This document shows, piece after piece, positions 50,052-63,479 of a stretch of 64,000 nt of DNA. Both the position numbers and the translations under genes were made by a program. The stretch's first letter is position 1. Each line of letters starts with the position of its first letter. The notes beneath the pieces were generated by a model. That model saw only the letters and a program-made list of their open reading frames with translations. It made no database searches and was not told the origin of the DNA. The DNA comes from Holothuria leucospilota (Eukaryota): assembly GCA_029531755.1 (NCBI GenBank), contig CM055977.1:30430229-30494228 (forward strand), read 5' to 3'.

Positions 50052-50808
50052 GTAAGATCATATTATCTTCATCTTCAGGTGCAGTTCATGAGGTTTCCAT
50101 TTTTTCATACTATAAGTTGGATTGTCAAATTGTGAAATAGTTTTCTTTGTAGAATTTCAGCACTGAGTGCTTTGATCCCTTTCAGAATGCAGAATGCATG
50201 AATAAAAACAGCTTTATAATTGATTGCTGTGTTTGGTCTTGTCTGCCATAGGAATGTGAGGGGTGGTGGAGGGAGCCAGGAATCATACACAATGCATTGA
50301 AGTCAGCAGTTGGGAAGTTAGGTCAGGAACTTGTGGTACAATTTTTTCACAGGTGAAAAAATTAGTTCGTTTATTGAGCAGTGCATATGAAAAATTTTAG
50401 GGGGCACTTACTGTACAAGAGCGAGGATGTTTAATAGAGTACTTATGGTATTATTTATCAAAGTAGAAACAGTGTCTACAACTAGGAGTACCACACCCAC
50501 AATGTGACATGCTAAATTTTGTGGTGGAGAATTAGATTGCTGACACCTTTCTGAAGCCACCAGAGATTTCACTGATTGGCAGACTGGCAGAGTACCCAGC
50601 TGAAGAGGTTATTAACACCTTGCTACAGGCTGATTTTGTGCAATAGTAAAGATAGGTTCACCCACATCTTATACTGTAGCTAAGTTTAAAGATCCCTAGA
50701 ATTTTAATTAAATTTTAGAAAGCATAGTGTTTAAATTCAAAGTAAATGTTCTTCCATCAAATTTTATATGTATTACTACAAGTGGCAACATTTATTTTTA
50801 TACCATAG

Positions 50809-50974
50809 AGAAGAAGTCAAAGGTGCTCCTCAAAAAATGAACCAATACATCACAGAGAAGAGATACCTCCATGCAACTGAGCTTTTGACCAAGACAGTGG
50901 CTCACCTGGAAGGTGACCTGAAGGGAGTGGAGGCTTTGACAGAGATTGGTTTGGAGATGAAAAGTAGGAAAGAG
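50809..50974 (+). CDS. EXOC4: EXOC4 coding exon 4 (I EEVKGAPQKMNQYITEKRYLHATELLTKTVAHLEGDLKGVEALTEIGLEMKSRKE)
   Basis: Aligns to human [55 protein letters not shown]; acceptor tataccatag| and donor GAG|GTAGGT are present. Confidence 0.85.
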
Positions 50975-51532
50975 GTAGGTGTTACAAGTCCGCTTGCATG
51001 ACAGGAAAACACTGTGAGGTTGTTGGGGTGGGGGGGGGGGGGGATCCATTGGAGGTTTTGGTGGTTTGAAGCGGGACACATGCCCTCTCTTTTCTTAAAA
51101 TGTAAGATGCCCCGGTTTGAAAATGAAAGATATAGGCCTTTAAGAGTGCCCTTCAGATGTTGTGCTTCCACTTTTTGACATGTCTACGCACACAGTCTAG
51201 TTATGATTATTTTTTACATATAAGAGGTTTCAGTCTACCCAGGGATCTGTTAGGTCTACCCGTGTCAAGCTTGATAGAAGGACTATTTATTTCAGGTCTC
51301 GATCGACATATATTAATGTTAAGTCAACGCTAGTCGTTACTTTGATCGATAATTCATGATCTCTTTATTCCAGCATTCACTGTAATATTTAAAGAAAAGA
51401 ATTGTACCTAACCTGACGAAAAGATTATTAAATCAGCCAGGTAGGATTTTGTAACGTGATTTAGTTACACTTTTCAAGTAGGTTTTTTCAAGTGACTCAT
51501 TTGAAAGTTTTAACTTTCTACACCCCTTTCAG

Positions 51533-51741
51533 ATATTTGTACCACGAATTAACAAAGTACACCCCTGCATCAGACAACAGCATGTTTTGCATCAGCGATG
51601 TATCAGACGGGAAACTTTGCTTAAAAGACAAATACAAGATACATCTATATATCAGTACTACACCGTGCGGATGTGCCTCTTTCTTCTCTTCCCACGCAAG
51701 ACACAATACAACAGCAAAACTCTCTACCAGAAAGGAACGAT
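51533..51741 (+). CDS. ADAR-family deaminase-domain exon (…RYLYHELTKY…KIHLYISTTPCGCASFFSSHARH…STRKER), zinc-ligand motif II
   Basis: Aligns to ADAR2 RFLYTQLELY…[20 protein letters not shown]. Acceptor cccctttcag| is present and the donor T|GTAAAA gives a phase consistent with the next exon. An upstream in-frame stop at 51462 with no ATG shows this is an internal exon. Confidence 0.6.
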
Positions 51742-52788
51742 GTAAAACGAATTTGCTAATAAAATTCCTATTTTTGTTTATTTTTGTAAGATTTCCTCAG
51801 CTGTGTCAAAAATCTTCATTTTTCATCCGACCGATTAATACTTTAAAATGTAATCTTACTTTCAAGTAGTGTCTTCTAATGTTGGTTTAGAATTTTAACT
51901 TGTTGAAATGGTTAAGACTGGAACTGTCGATACTAGGACTGTCATTGCTGAAATGGTAAAGATAAAATTAATTTAATTGACCACTCACCTTGCTGTATCT
52001 GACGCCATATCTCTAAATGTAGACATGGGAAAAGTGAAATTGAATTATTATTATTCTGTGAAACAGTAGAATAAAGGCTTTTCAATAAAGAGATAACTAG
52101 TAGAACAAAAAGGAAATGAAATAAAGAATCATATAAGTTCAGCTATTGCAGCTTAAACATGTATAACTTGGGTAATGTTAGCTCCTCGTTATCCGTATAC
52201 CGCCAGTGAATGACCATATCGAAACTATTATGATATTTGCTTTGAACTGATCACAAAATATTAACAAAATGACGTCTTTATTCCCTCAAATTTAAATTGA
52301 GATTGGTCAAACTAAAATATATTTCTCAATAGAAAGAAATATATCATTTGTCTTCCTTTTGTAAAAACAATGTGTGATATGCATATAAAAGTGTTTAGCT
52401 ATTTCCTGTTGAAAAAATAAGCATGTCTTACGGATATTAATGATTCTATACTGAATATTATTTAGCGTTTGTAAGCAAGTTACAGATTCGACATGCCAGA
52501 GAGTAACATTAATAGGAGTTGATTATATCTGTTGATTAATTGTTACGTCTGAACATTACAAAGCATTGGAAAAAGGATATTGAAGCATTAATATCATATA
52601 TTAAAGAATTTCAGTATCTATATATACCACTAGAGCTCTCTTTGAAGTTGTCGTTTAGATTTGACAACAAAAATAGAGTGTATGCAGGGAGTTTCAAATA
52701 ACAATTCCCTGGTGTATGTGACCATGCTTTTTATATTCACGTTATCGCGTACTAGCATTGTTGATTTTCTCTCGTTTTGTGTTCGCAG

Positions 52789-52983
52789 CCGATGAGTTTC
52801 TCATGACCAATTCTGAAATATCACAGATGCATCAAAGTTGGGACTATGTCACAGAGCAAGGAGAGTTGAACCTTAAAACAATGACATGTAGCGATAAGGT
52901 TTGTCAATGGAACGTCGTCGGAGTTCAAGGAGCTCTTTTAAGTCACTTCCTTGATCCAATCTACCTAACCTCAATAATTATAG
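52789..52983 (+). CDS. ADAR-family deaminase-domain exon ([65 protein letters not shown]), zinc-ligand motif III
   Basis: Aligns to ADAR2 [50 protein letters not shown]; acceptor gtgttcgcag| and donor TAG|GTAATG are present. Confidence 0.8.
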
Positions 52984-54217
52984 GTAATGTTTGTCCCCAT
53001 TCAGTTATAGTTACCCTTTAGTGGTTAGAGTTCACTGTCTTTGTTAATCAAATTGGAAGAGTAATTGAATACCCACATTAGAGGGTTGAATGCACACAAA
53101 AACTATTTAACTAAGAACAATGATGTGAAAAAAACCAAGAATAAAACGGAAAATGGCAAAACACGACAATAGTTTAGCATAAAGTACGATACGAATCATT
53201 CTAACGTTTGAAATATAGGCCATTTTCTTCACGAATATAATAAGGAGTATCCTTCATTTGTGATGGCGAATAAATGACAACCGTATCCTACCAATTCCGG
53301 TGATAACTGTTTTCTTCAAACGCATTGGACATCTTAAACTTTAGGGGCTGTTTAACTTCAATCAACCTACTTCTACTACAAAAAATATTGCACATATGTT
53401 GATGCATGTAAAAGGTCGCGTTCAAGATATTTTGAGACAAACCAAAGGAAAGTGACATCTTATTAACGGTTGGGGGGGGGGGGGGCTAGAAGCTAGTCGA
53501 CCCTCCAGAATATGGCACCATAAGGAGGGAAACAGAAATGTAAGGCGCTAAAGAGTAAAACGTGGAAAAGAAATTAGGAATGCACACCTAAGCAAAACAG
53601 AAAAAAAGTATTCAGATTTTCGCTTAAAAAATACTCGAATAATTGTAAACTAATTTAATGGACCAAAGAAAATATTTTTGAAAAGAAAATTTGGAGGAAT
53701 TAATTGTTCACTGTCGAAATTGTAGTGAACAGTCGTCAGTTCCTTAACGTTCAAGATACTTGTAAACAAAGTCAGTTATATTGTTTAAGTAAAAATTAAT
53801 ATCATCAACTGATATCAAACCCAGCGGAGTATTACCTTCTTTCACCAAAGCCAAGGTTTCACTGTTTGATCTTGCATCCGATTCCAAAACTGGGAACTAT
53901 TTTGGTACTAAAATTGCACATCTTGGTGTTTGACCTGAAGATATTAGTACAATAGAAGCAATCAGATAGTAAGATTATAAAAGTCTACAGACCAGAAAAA
54001 TGTCACGAAAACGTTCATTTCGAGTAACTTATTGTCCACGAGTGGAATTTAGTCCAGCTAAAAGTAGAGGAATCGAACAAAAAAGATAAAAACATTAACT
54101 TTAGAAACGTAGCTTAAACATGCATGCCCCGAATATTAAGAAAGAGATTACGGAATAAAATTTGTCAGCACTGAAAGTTTTCTCTCAACAATCAGTTTGA
54201 ATGCTGTTCATTCAAAG

Positions 54218-54434
54218 GGTCCAATTTTATGGAAGATCGAGTTCAGCTTGCCCTAAATCGTCGTCTGGAGTCCTTCAGTAGAGAGATTTACAACTTGCCG
54301 GAACCATTTCGTGTTTATCTTCCCAAGATAACTGGCAAGACGAGTCCCCAAGTCATCGAGGGGAATAAAACTAGTCTTAACTGGTTTGAAGAATTGGGTT
54401 GCCAAGTTGAAGTCAACAATGGATTTTTAGGAAG
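54218..54434 (+). CDS. ADAR-family deaminase-domain exon (GSNFMEDRVQLALNRRLESFSREIYNLPEPFRVYLPKITGKTSPQVIEGNKTSLNWFEELGCQVEVNNGFLG)
   Basis: Aligns to ADAR2 GSLYHGDHLSRAMYQRISNIEDLPPLYTLNKPLLSGISNAEARQPGKAPNFSVNWTVGDSAIEVINATTG; acceptor ttcaaag| and donor GAAG|GTAGAG are present. Confidence 0.75.
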
Positions 54435-54943
54435 GTAGAGTAAATTTCAGATATCATTGTTACCATAAATAATCATATGATTAATGTATGATTAGCATCC
54501 TTATTCATACTACAAGGTCATTGCTTCATAGATTAAAGAAAATATTCTGGAACAAGTTTGTCTATCCGTGTAATGCCTTGAGCCACATAAGAGATTTTTT
54601 ACTCCCTCAAAAAAACTATTACGTCACATAGAAGTTACTTCTCCAAAGTAACGAATACAAGTCCTTAGAAACAAGTACTCGCTTGCAATTGCCATAGTCT
54701 TTAAACCCCTCCCCCTTATGAAAGTACTAGAAATAAGTGATATGTTAGAGTTAACTTTTACAAATTTATAGGTGTAAAATTTGCCTTTCACCGACGTGAC
54801 ATTAAAGGTTGTAGAAAAAATTTTCGGTAAATATCATTAGAAATGTCAAACTTTGGCAGCAAAACAAGTTAAGACTTTTAAAGTAAACTTCTCCGCACTA
54901 ATAATATTTCTAACAAGAAATATATTTCCACCTTTTGTTTTAG

Positions 54944-55193
54944 AACTTTTTTCGAGGAAACGTCGTCTCGTTTATGCAAAAAGGAACTTTTCACAGCTTT
55001 TTCAGAAGTATGTAATTTAGGTTTCTTCCACTGGGGCAGGCTTTTAGAAGATAATCCAACGTATCGGGAACTTAAAGAGAATGCTTCAAGTTATAAAGAG
55101 GCGAAGACTGCATTAAGTAATTATTTTGAAAGTTCAGGCTTCGGACATTGGATTCGTAAGCCCAGTGAGGTCGATACTTTTCGTTTGGGATAG
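54944..55193 (+). CDS. ADAR-family terminal coding exon (…TSSRLCKKELFTAFSEVCNLGF…YKEAKTALSNYFESSGFGHWIRKPSEVDTFRLG*), stop TAG 55191-55193
   Basis: Aligns to the ADAR1/2 C-terminus RASRLCKHALYCRWMRV…[34 protein letters not shown]; acceptor ccttttgttttag| is present; the phase gives AGA with exon 3. Confidence 0.75.
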
Positions 55194-58100
55194 ACAATAC
55201 TAGCGCAGGACGAAAGTTGAGTGCGACGACGGTGTGAAAAAGTTCGAAGGAGTCGATTATTTTGGAATAGCGACACCTTCATTTACGCGGACTGTGATGT
55301 TGTTGTTATTGCATATGCACACTGTTCCTTGTTCACAAGCGCCATCGTACAAACTAATAGGGTACAACTTGCTGTTGAAAAGTGTTGCATCAATTCAAGG
55401 GTAACCCCAGGTGGGAGTAGGGGCATGACATCCGTCGGAGAAACTTTTTAGTCCTCGGGGAACGTTTTGGTACGATCAAATGTATTTTCGACTGCCCGTC
55501 GCCCCAAGGCTTTACTTCGTTTTCGCTTTTCAAATCTTTGGTGTTTCATTTCTTTTAAATTTGAGATAAGTTTACTGTGTACAACACTATTGCCAAAGGT
55601 CAGATTTCAAATGTGAAAATTATCTGCACAGCTTCTTTTCTACTACAGTATGCCTCACCAAAAGGGTAAGATTAACATGTACTTAGTGCAAATTACAATG
55701 CTAAGACTGAATATAAAAAGAGAACGGCTTAAACTTTTTAGGCCTAAACAAGTGTACAGAATTGTGCAGGGCGACAACCTGAGTGTAACGTCAGTGTTTT
55801 TATATATCAAGGATAATTTAAATTATATCCGTGTTGTTGGCACTCCAGACTGCTTGAGACTGCTATTATGAGGGTTGAATACAATCAACCGGTTGTCAGG
55901 GAAACAACCCAAACCACAGTATTTCTAGTGAGAGTTCATCAATTAAAGTACTTACAAAGCACAGATAGCGTACCTACCTGTAGCTCTAAGACGGGCTTTA
56001 TACTGCTAATCAGCAAGACAAACCAGCTGCAGGCTGTAGCCATAATGATCGATGGGAGTAAAAACACATCATCTGACGTTCTGAACACGCTTACACACAT
56101 GGTGTTCCTCATGGCGTTTACATGATAGCTAACGAAGTAAAGGTAGCTTGCTTATACGCTAAGTTTCCGTTATGCATTTCAAAACTACAAACTCGTCTTG
56201 TTCGACGTCTTTTGTGGTAAATTTTCAACGGTGGGCAAAAATTCCCGCTCGGTAAAAACGTTAAAAATTTGTTAAACTAACATATTGCCATACGTTTATG
56301 GACCCTACTGATCTAAATTTTCCCTTTTGCGGTTTTGATTTTGCCCCACACGGTCTAGGTAAAAGGACGGTGAAATGCTTTGAGGGTAGCCTAAAGGCGG
56401 CCCTCATGTGCACAGAAAACCCTCGAAGATAGATTTTTTGTGCAGCCTCGTTCGAGGGTTTCTCCCGGACTGCTTAGGTGCATGCATTCCGTGGTCCAAA
56501 TCCTGCAAGAAAAGTAATTTTGCCTACTCTTAAAAGTATGTATACAATCCATTTTTTAATAGGAAGATTCTTACTTGCAGGGAACAGCTAAGAATATAGA
56601 TATGTTTTTAGACAGTGTTTTTACGTATGTATGGTCATGATATGTTGTTTTTTAACATAAAAGTTTTGTCATCTGCGCTATCAATGTTTTATAGCTGATG
56701 AAACCAGGTATCGCACCCGTCGATGAGGCATTGTTAAGTTATAGTTCATCTTTGGTAAAGGCCTATATGCTATTGTTTAAAAATTACTCTCTTATTTTTT
56801 CAAATCTTCACTGTAAGTAACGAGTTTAGCATTTCAGCACTTAGTGTGCCCCACTGAATAAACATGTTTACACTGTTTTCGTATTTAGCGATTAACACCT
56901 CATATTAAGCTACTAAATGAGTTTTTAAAGCGAACGTTTAGAAATATGAGGATTTAGGAGGTGAATATGTTTGGCTGGGGCAAAAAAAAAAAGGGTTCAA
57001 ATTCTAAACGTTGTATAAGAGTGTTGCGTATTAGTTTCAGTGATGGAAGTATATAATTGTTTTGATATTACATGACCTTGCAGTGAAGATGAAATTGTTA
57101 GCTAAGGTAATGATTGCATCTTTAAAAAGATCGCAAGAAGTGCAATATCATTTCTGTTGTCCAAACTAATGTAAATCTACGGAGTCGGACGAGACACCCG
57201 CTTTTTTAAGAGAGCGCTAAAGTCATATTGCCGAGTCTTAGAATGTCATTTGATTCTTGACACGGTATTTAGTTGATTGCAGAATTTAAACAACAGTGCA
57301 TCATTCCTGCTCCAGAAGACCTCAGTTTTACCTCTTTGGGTGCTTTAAGATCTGCGGTATCATTAAGTGAAGTAAAACCATGTGACTCGGTGTACTATAA
57401 GAAGTGCTTTGTTGTCCCTTACTTGGCGATCTTCGTTTTGAGAATAAAAATACATTGAAAGGTATCTTGGTTGCAGTTCTTTGAGTAAATAAGAAGTAGG
57501 TTTATTAACCTCTCAAACATAGTCACACCACACATCGCTGGGTTGTCGTCAGCCTTTAATTTCACTCAGGCGAATTACAAACAATTGTAGTTGTTCTCTA
57601 CACCTGAATAGATAATTATAACGCTTAAGAAAGCATATAGCGTCTTACCAAACTTTAAAAGAAAAATTAACTAATGTTTTTATCGCAAATTGTATCATTC
57701 TATTAACCTTTTCTGTAAATATTAAAGGATGCAAGTTTTCATTTTAGAAGTTTTCTGGTTGGTAGGGAAGAGGTCTGATGGCGAGAGGCTTCTGCTTGCG
57801 TGTGTGTGTGCATTTGATGGTGCGTACCATTTTAATATTCAGATTGATGACGTTATATTAATTTTAGATAAATGTATTCAAATTCAGTAAATATGTAATA
57901 TGTATATATATATATAAATATATATATATGGTACTGTGTTACTGTAAATGGTACTATAAATGGTACTATATTCAAGTAAATGTAACGGTTTCAATTACAG
58001 ATCAATAGTTAGCCATGCGTTAGAGGCTAGTCGGATAGCTTATGTTTTTTATACATGTAAGACAGAGACAAATGATATTATCACTTCAGAAAAGGTTGAT

Positions 58101-61100
58101 AAAGTTGATATAATAGGTATCAGTTAAACCAATGCCGACTTTATGACCAGTTTGATGATGTCAGCTAGAAAGCACATGCAACAATGGTTCTTGACAACAG
58201 GACCTGTAGACAATACTGCTGTTAGCCGGGCGGTATGAACTATTTATTCATACAGACCTTATGCACCTTTGGCACATGCTGATCTTTTAGAATTGGGGTA
58301 GTGGAGAAGGACATCGAAGAGTCACATGAGGGGGGGGGGGGAGGGTGATATTACTAAACATATGAGCTTAAGAAACTTTTTAACTATCACAAACTTAGTT
58401 TCATGTAAATGATTGACCCTGAAAGAATGTGAAACCACTTTTACTTTCTGTTCGTGCTATGGAGTGGACATGCAGCTGCTAAAGACATGGCAGAAGCTAA
58501 TATGTTGGTTAAGAAAGCAGGAAAAGTACGTCGGTACGTAGACTTAGTCAAGTTGTAGACTAGCTAGTTAGTGTCACAGAAAAATTTCTTCGTTGTCGTC
58601 CTCTGACCATCGTTTTAACAATCGTTATAACATCCAGGCCCGAAGGAAAGTGGAAGATATTTCTAATCTCGAGCCTCATTAGATGTTACAAATAATGCAC
58701 TAAGAAATGATGGATACAGATAAGTGGTAGTTGAACATGACTGTATTATACTTTTGCATTTTAAGTATTCGTACATGATACGTTATTTTTAAAACTGATT
58801 GATGAATTGTAGAGATACCCAATTATGGTCTATAAAGATTGCTTTATCTTTTTGGTCAAGTCAGACTGCCTACCCATGGTACAAAAAGTTTTCACTGTCT
58901 GTCTTTCATTCCACAAGTATATTTCTGTACTTTATATGAGAAAAGGATATTGACTTTTATAATAATCGTGGCTGTCTTCATTTTGTTCGTGTTTGAGGTT
59001 TGTCATTCTTTAGCTTGAGGTAAATCTTTTGCTTTTTATTTCGATTAGATCAGGAGCTCTCACCGATGGAAATTGAACAATCTTTTCTCTTTTGAAACTA
59101 GATGTTTTGCCTACAATAAGCTTCCTAACCTGCTTGTAAGCACGATATTTCTAGAAGAGTAATACCGAGGGATCTCATAGTTTATACACATTTGTCATAT
59201 TAAGAACCCCAATCTTTTTGATGAGCGTCAAGGATTTGAGGGCACCAGAGGGAAAATAAAAAAGCCTTGTAAGCACGATATCTCAAGATAGGAATGATGG
59301 AGACTTCTTAAGCTATTTTATATACTTATAATATTAAAGAGATGCCGTGAGTTTGCAAAAAGGAAAAAAAAACATAAGATTTTGCTTCTTGTTTTGTCTT
59401 TCTTTATTCTTCACAATGCCAGGAGTGTCAAGCAATGTTGCAGAATACAATCTGAAAGCTCAAACTAATAGTGATAGTCTCTGGAAGTAACCTAAACAGC
59501 AAAAAATCTGTAAATGTTTGACGCCATTTTTTTCAAAAACGGTCCTCATTATTTAGAGCTAAACCACTCCTACAACGAACCCGTTGTTGAATATGCAATA
59601 TTATTGAGGTGTCAGCTGTTTACACCTAGTGAATATGCATTTTAGTACTTCGATCTCATTGGTCTGCTGAACAGATTTTCGGAGGGAGACTGTTTGCCCG
59701 CAGCACATTTTTTTATTTCCTCGAGTTTAGTCGTTATTTTTACGAAAAGTTTAAGGCTGTTGAGGAAATTCGCACAACAGGTCTTATTTTTTCTCCCTTA
59801 CTGTTCATATGGTCCACTCCAAAGAATAAAGTTGTAAACTCGATTTTGTAATGTATTTTTCCGTTTTGCAAACTCACGGCATCCCTTTAAGAGAAATAAC
59901 TCTAATGTTTCGTTCTAGATTAAATGTAATCTTAGGCTACCAGAGATGAAATAACGAAAACTCGTGAATGCCCCATATTGAGTACCAGGCCTCTGTTGTT
60001 TTGGTGAAGCTCGGTGAAAACCGCGTATACATGATATTTCATGAACGGTGGCCTTGATAGATCTAACAGTAAGTACGTAGCTGATCCAAGCACAATTCAA
60101 GAATTCTCTTTTTTCAAGGAGATGAAATGTTATCTGAGGTCACCAGGTATCAAATTGCCATGGCTAAAATTAGCACATATTCCACATTGAGTTCAAGGAG
60201 AATAGTGTTGTGGTAGAGGACAAGGGTCACTGACGTTATAAGAGAAAAATCTGAGAACATCTTCAGAAAGATGAGTCTTCCTCAAGAAAGATAAGATTGA
60301 AGAAATTTTTACTTTCCATGTAAATGTTACAAATTAGTAAAAGCATGTAAATGTAGTGAGTGGAGCTCAAAAGTTACCCGCCCGGGGGACGTGTATTACT
60401 CCTGCACCTATACTGGATGCACTCGTAGTACCAACGTCCGCGAACTTTGGCAAGAGTTCTTCGTCAAACTGCGTAAAAACTGTACGCTATTAACTATTCA
60501 TATATACGATCACAAAAAACAGAATTATAAATATTCAACAAAAAAACGACTAAAGCGAGTCTTGATTATCATGCTTTTTCGAACGACAAATGTCAATGGG
60601 GTTTTAGTGTGTGCTTCAAGCTCACACAGTGACGTACCATTGGCTTACTGTGTAAAAGTGAACGTTGCAGCAGAAGCCTTTTCGTGCAATACGAACATTC
60701 ATATATTGAAACCAATTAACAGTCGAGAGAGTAAAATCGTATTGGGCTCATGAATATAACTAAACTGGATGATCTCTGACACTGTTCGCAGGTGTTAGAG
60801 TATGTACGCCAAAGAGGAGTACATATTCGACACCTGCTATGAAGGTAAGCTCAAAAGTCGCATTACGACAACCTGAGAATGGCATGTGGATCCCACTCTC
60901 ATAGGAAGGGCTCTGATGTTCTGCAGTATGTCGGGCGACATTGCGTAGCTTTGTCCCCACCACCAAATTAAGGCTACCCCCTGTCCTAACGTTAAAGTAT
61001 TACTTTCTACTCTGCTGAGGAGAAGGTAACGGACTCGCACGTTTTCAAACCATTCGTTTAAGCGAGCAATGAGTGCATCACGAGAAGACCTAGGACGGAT

Positions 61101-61689
61101 ACGTTACATCAGGTGTGCACCCAAACAGCCTAATGCAGTAATTGACTAGGATCCGGGATTTGCCAGCAAGGGTAACATAATGTTTATGCTCGCTTTGTTT
61201 TTGGTATTTCCCAATGCCTCGAAAATATCTACGTTATGCAGTGTCAGGTGACTAGTGGACTCTCCGTACTTTGGGAATAGATTAAGAGATGGGGTGCATT
61301 TACACTAGGTCCGGATCTGATCGCCTGCCCGGGGTCAGATCCACTGCTCGAGATCAAATTTGTAGTGTAAACGCAGATCAGATCCGGAACTGATCGCCCT
61401 ATTTTGATCCTGGTAAGAGGGGAGGATCAGACCCCGCGCAGGCGATCAAAACTTGTAGTGTAAATGCTCTAGGATCAACGGTGACCCGAGATAAACGGTG
61501 ACCTCACACATGTGTTTTATTTCTTTGCTTATACATTTTGGTGCTTCTATTTCGTAATTCACTTGGAGGCCACTTCCGCTGAAGCACGGAGGAGGATCAG
61601 ACAACACCCCTTTAAACTTTCTGAAACTTCTTATACTTATAAAATTGCCATCCGTCAAGGGAAAACAATTACGACAGAGATAAACAGAG

Positions 61690-62160
61690 AGAAATGTCGT
61701 AACTAATTGATGCAGTAAACCTTCCAAAATTCTCATTTAGCTCCTTTCCACACTTTAAGTCTAGATGCATATTACGATCATCCTATGGCTGCATAATTGA
61801 TTATTTTATTTACAACCCCCAAAACAGGAACATTATGGTGCTCTAATTCACCAAACACCTCACATCGTATGTCATGGACATACTTATCTTTTGTCTGACT
61901 GTTATTTCTCATTTTGCCATCATTTTTGTCTTCATTTGCTTTCTGCTTTTCTTTTCCCGTTTGACTCTTCTATCAGCAGGAGACTATTTCACTAAAGTCA
62001 CGGAAAAATTGACACCTTTTCATAAAAAATATGCCAATCTGTACTTCTAAGCATTTTCGGTTTTCTTCAATATTTTCTCTTGATAGACTCCTTTCGGCTT
62101 TTGTCTTCTGTTTAATAGTACCGCGCTATCTCCCCTTGTACTTTGGCCGACTACGTCACG
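61690..62160 (+). repeat. ~480-bp direct repeat, copy 1 (copy 2 at 63480-64000, period ~1.8 kb)
   Basis: The two blocks align over their length (…aaccttccaaaat.ct.att.agt.cctttcca.actttaagtcta…caacccccaaaacag.aacatt…caccaaacacctcac…tttgtcttca.ttgcttt.tgcttttctt…); the minus ORFs 61446-61736 and 63220-63513 share their N-termini because of it. Confidence 0.7.
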
Positions 62161-63479
62161 AGATGGCCGATTTTGTGACGTCAATTAACCACGACCGATT
62201 GTTTGCTTGGTCAGCAAATATTCACCCAGCACGAGAGCCAGGAACTGTCCACCGTTCTGAAGCAGTTTTCATGCTAAAAATTATAGATAATTCCACCAAA
62301 CCTGGACCGATTTTTCTGTTTTAAAATTTGTTGTAATGTCAATTTATCCACAAAGTTCAGTTTCAGCGAATAATTTTGTGTAACTGCACAAATTACTTCA
62401 TAATGCTTCAAGCGGCTTGATATCCACTGCAAGTGAGTTAACCCCAAAAATGTCACATCTGGAGAATATAATTCTTGAAGCAGATGCAGGCAATTTTGTC
62501 CTTCCTTCAAGGGAACAAATTCTCTTATGATGGAGTTGATTTTATTTCTTTATGACAACTAAAGACGAAGATCACTGCTAAGTATAACATATATTTGAAG
62601 GAACGATTTACTTGGTAAAATTTGAACATAGTGAGTATTTGTTGACTTTTGATTCTACTAGTGTTATATACTTTAATAATCTGAGTTTAAGGCTTCGACG
62701 TACCTCTATCGTTATGCTCTATTTTGCTAGTCCAAGGTTTTTACTACCTTGCCCACGTGTTGCAACTTATTACCACCTGCACAATAACTTTGTCCTTTTA
62801 TCTGGACATAGTAAGTGTTGTAAAGCTTTAGACTTCATTCTGACTGCTGAAATATTACTTCCTTAGCAATTCTGATCATTCTAAACTTCAGGTATTTACA
62901 ATAGCGGAGTCTTGGAGTCGAAAACTCCATTCACTTAAAATTTAATGTAGTTTTTCTTGAGTATATTGTCCATTTTAAAATCTCTTCAAGCTAAGATTTC
63001 CTCATGAAATCACTTACTCCATAACTTCCTGAATCGTAGTGATAGTATTTTGGGTACCTGGCTTTGATGCTTGTTAAGTTTACTGATACGTACTTTGTTA
63101 GCCCCAGCTTCATTCACAGTGTGCCATCATACTACAAAACGTCAAATCACCCACATTTGCCCCTGCATGGATATGGGAGATTAACAATCCGAAAATAAAA
63201 TTTATATAATAGGAGACCTCTATTCGATTTCCAAACGAGCTGCTACTTGGACATGAAGAGGTTTGATCTCAAATCTTCCTGCACCAACATTGTGACTGCC
63301 TAGGCTGAGGTTATGTAACCATACTATTTTATATGAACATGTTTTTGTAATATATTTGAAGATTAAATGAGAATGAAAGGTGCAAGGAATTAAACACATG
63401 TCAAAAAAATTACGTGCTCGGCTACATCTAGTTGAGAAAATCCTCGAATTTCCTTCCATACTAAGATAAACAGGGAGTA

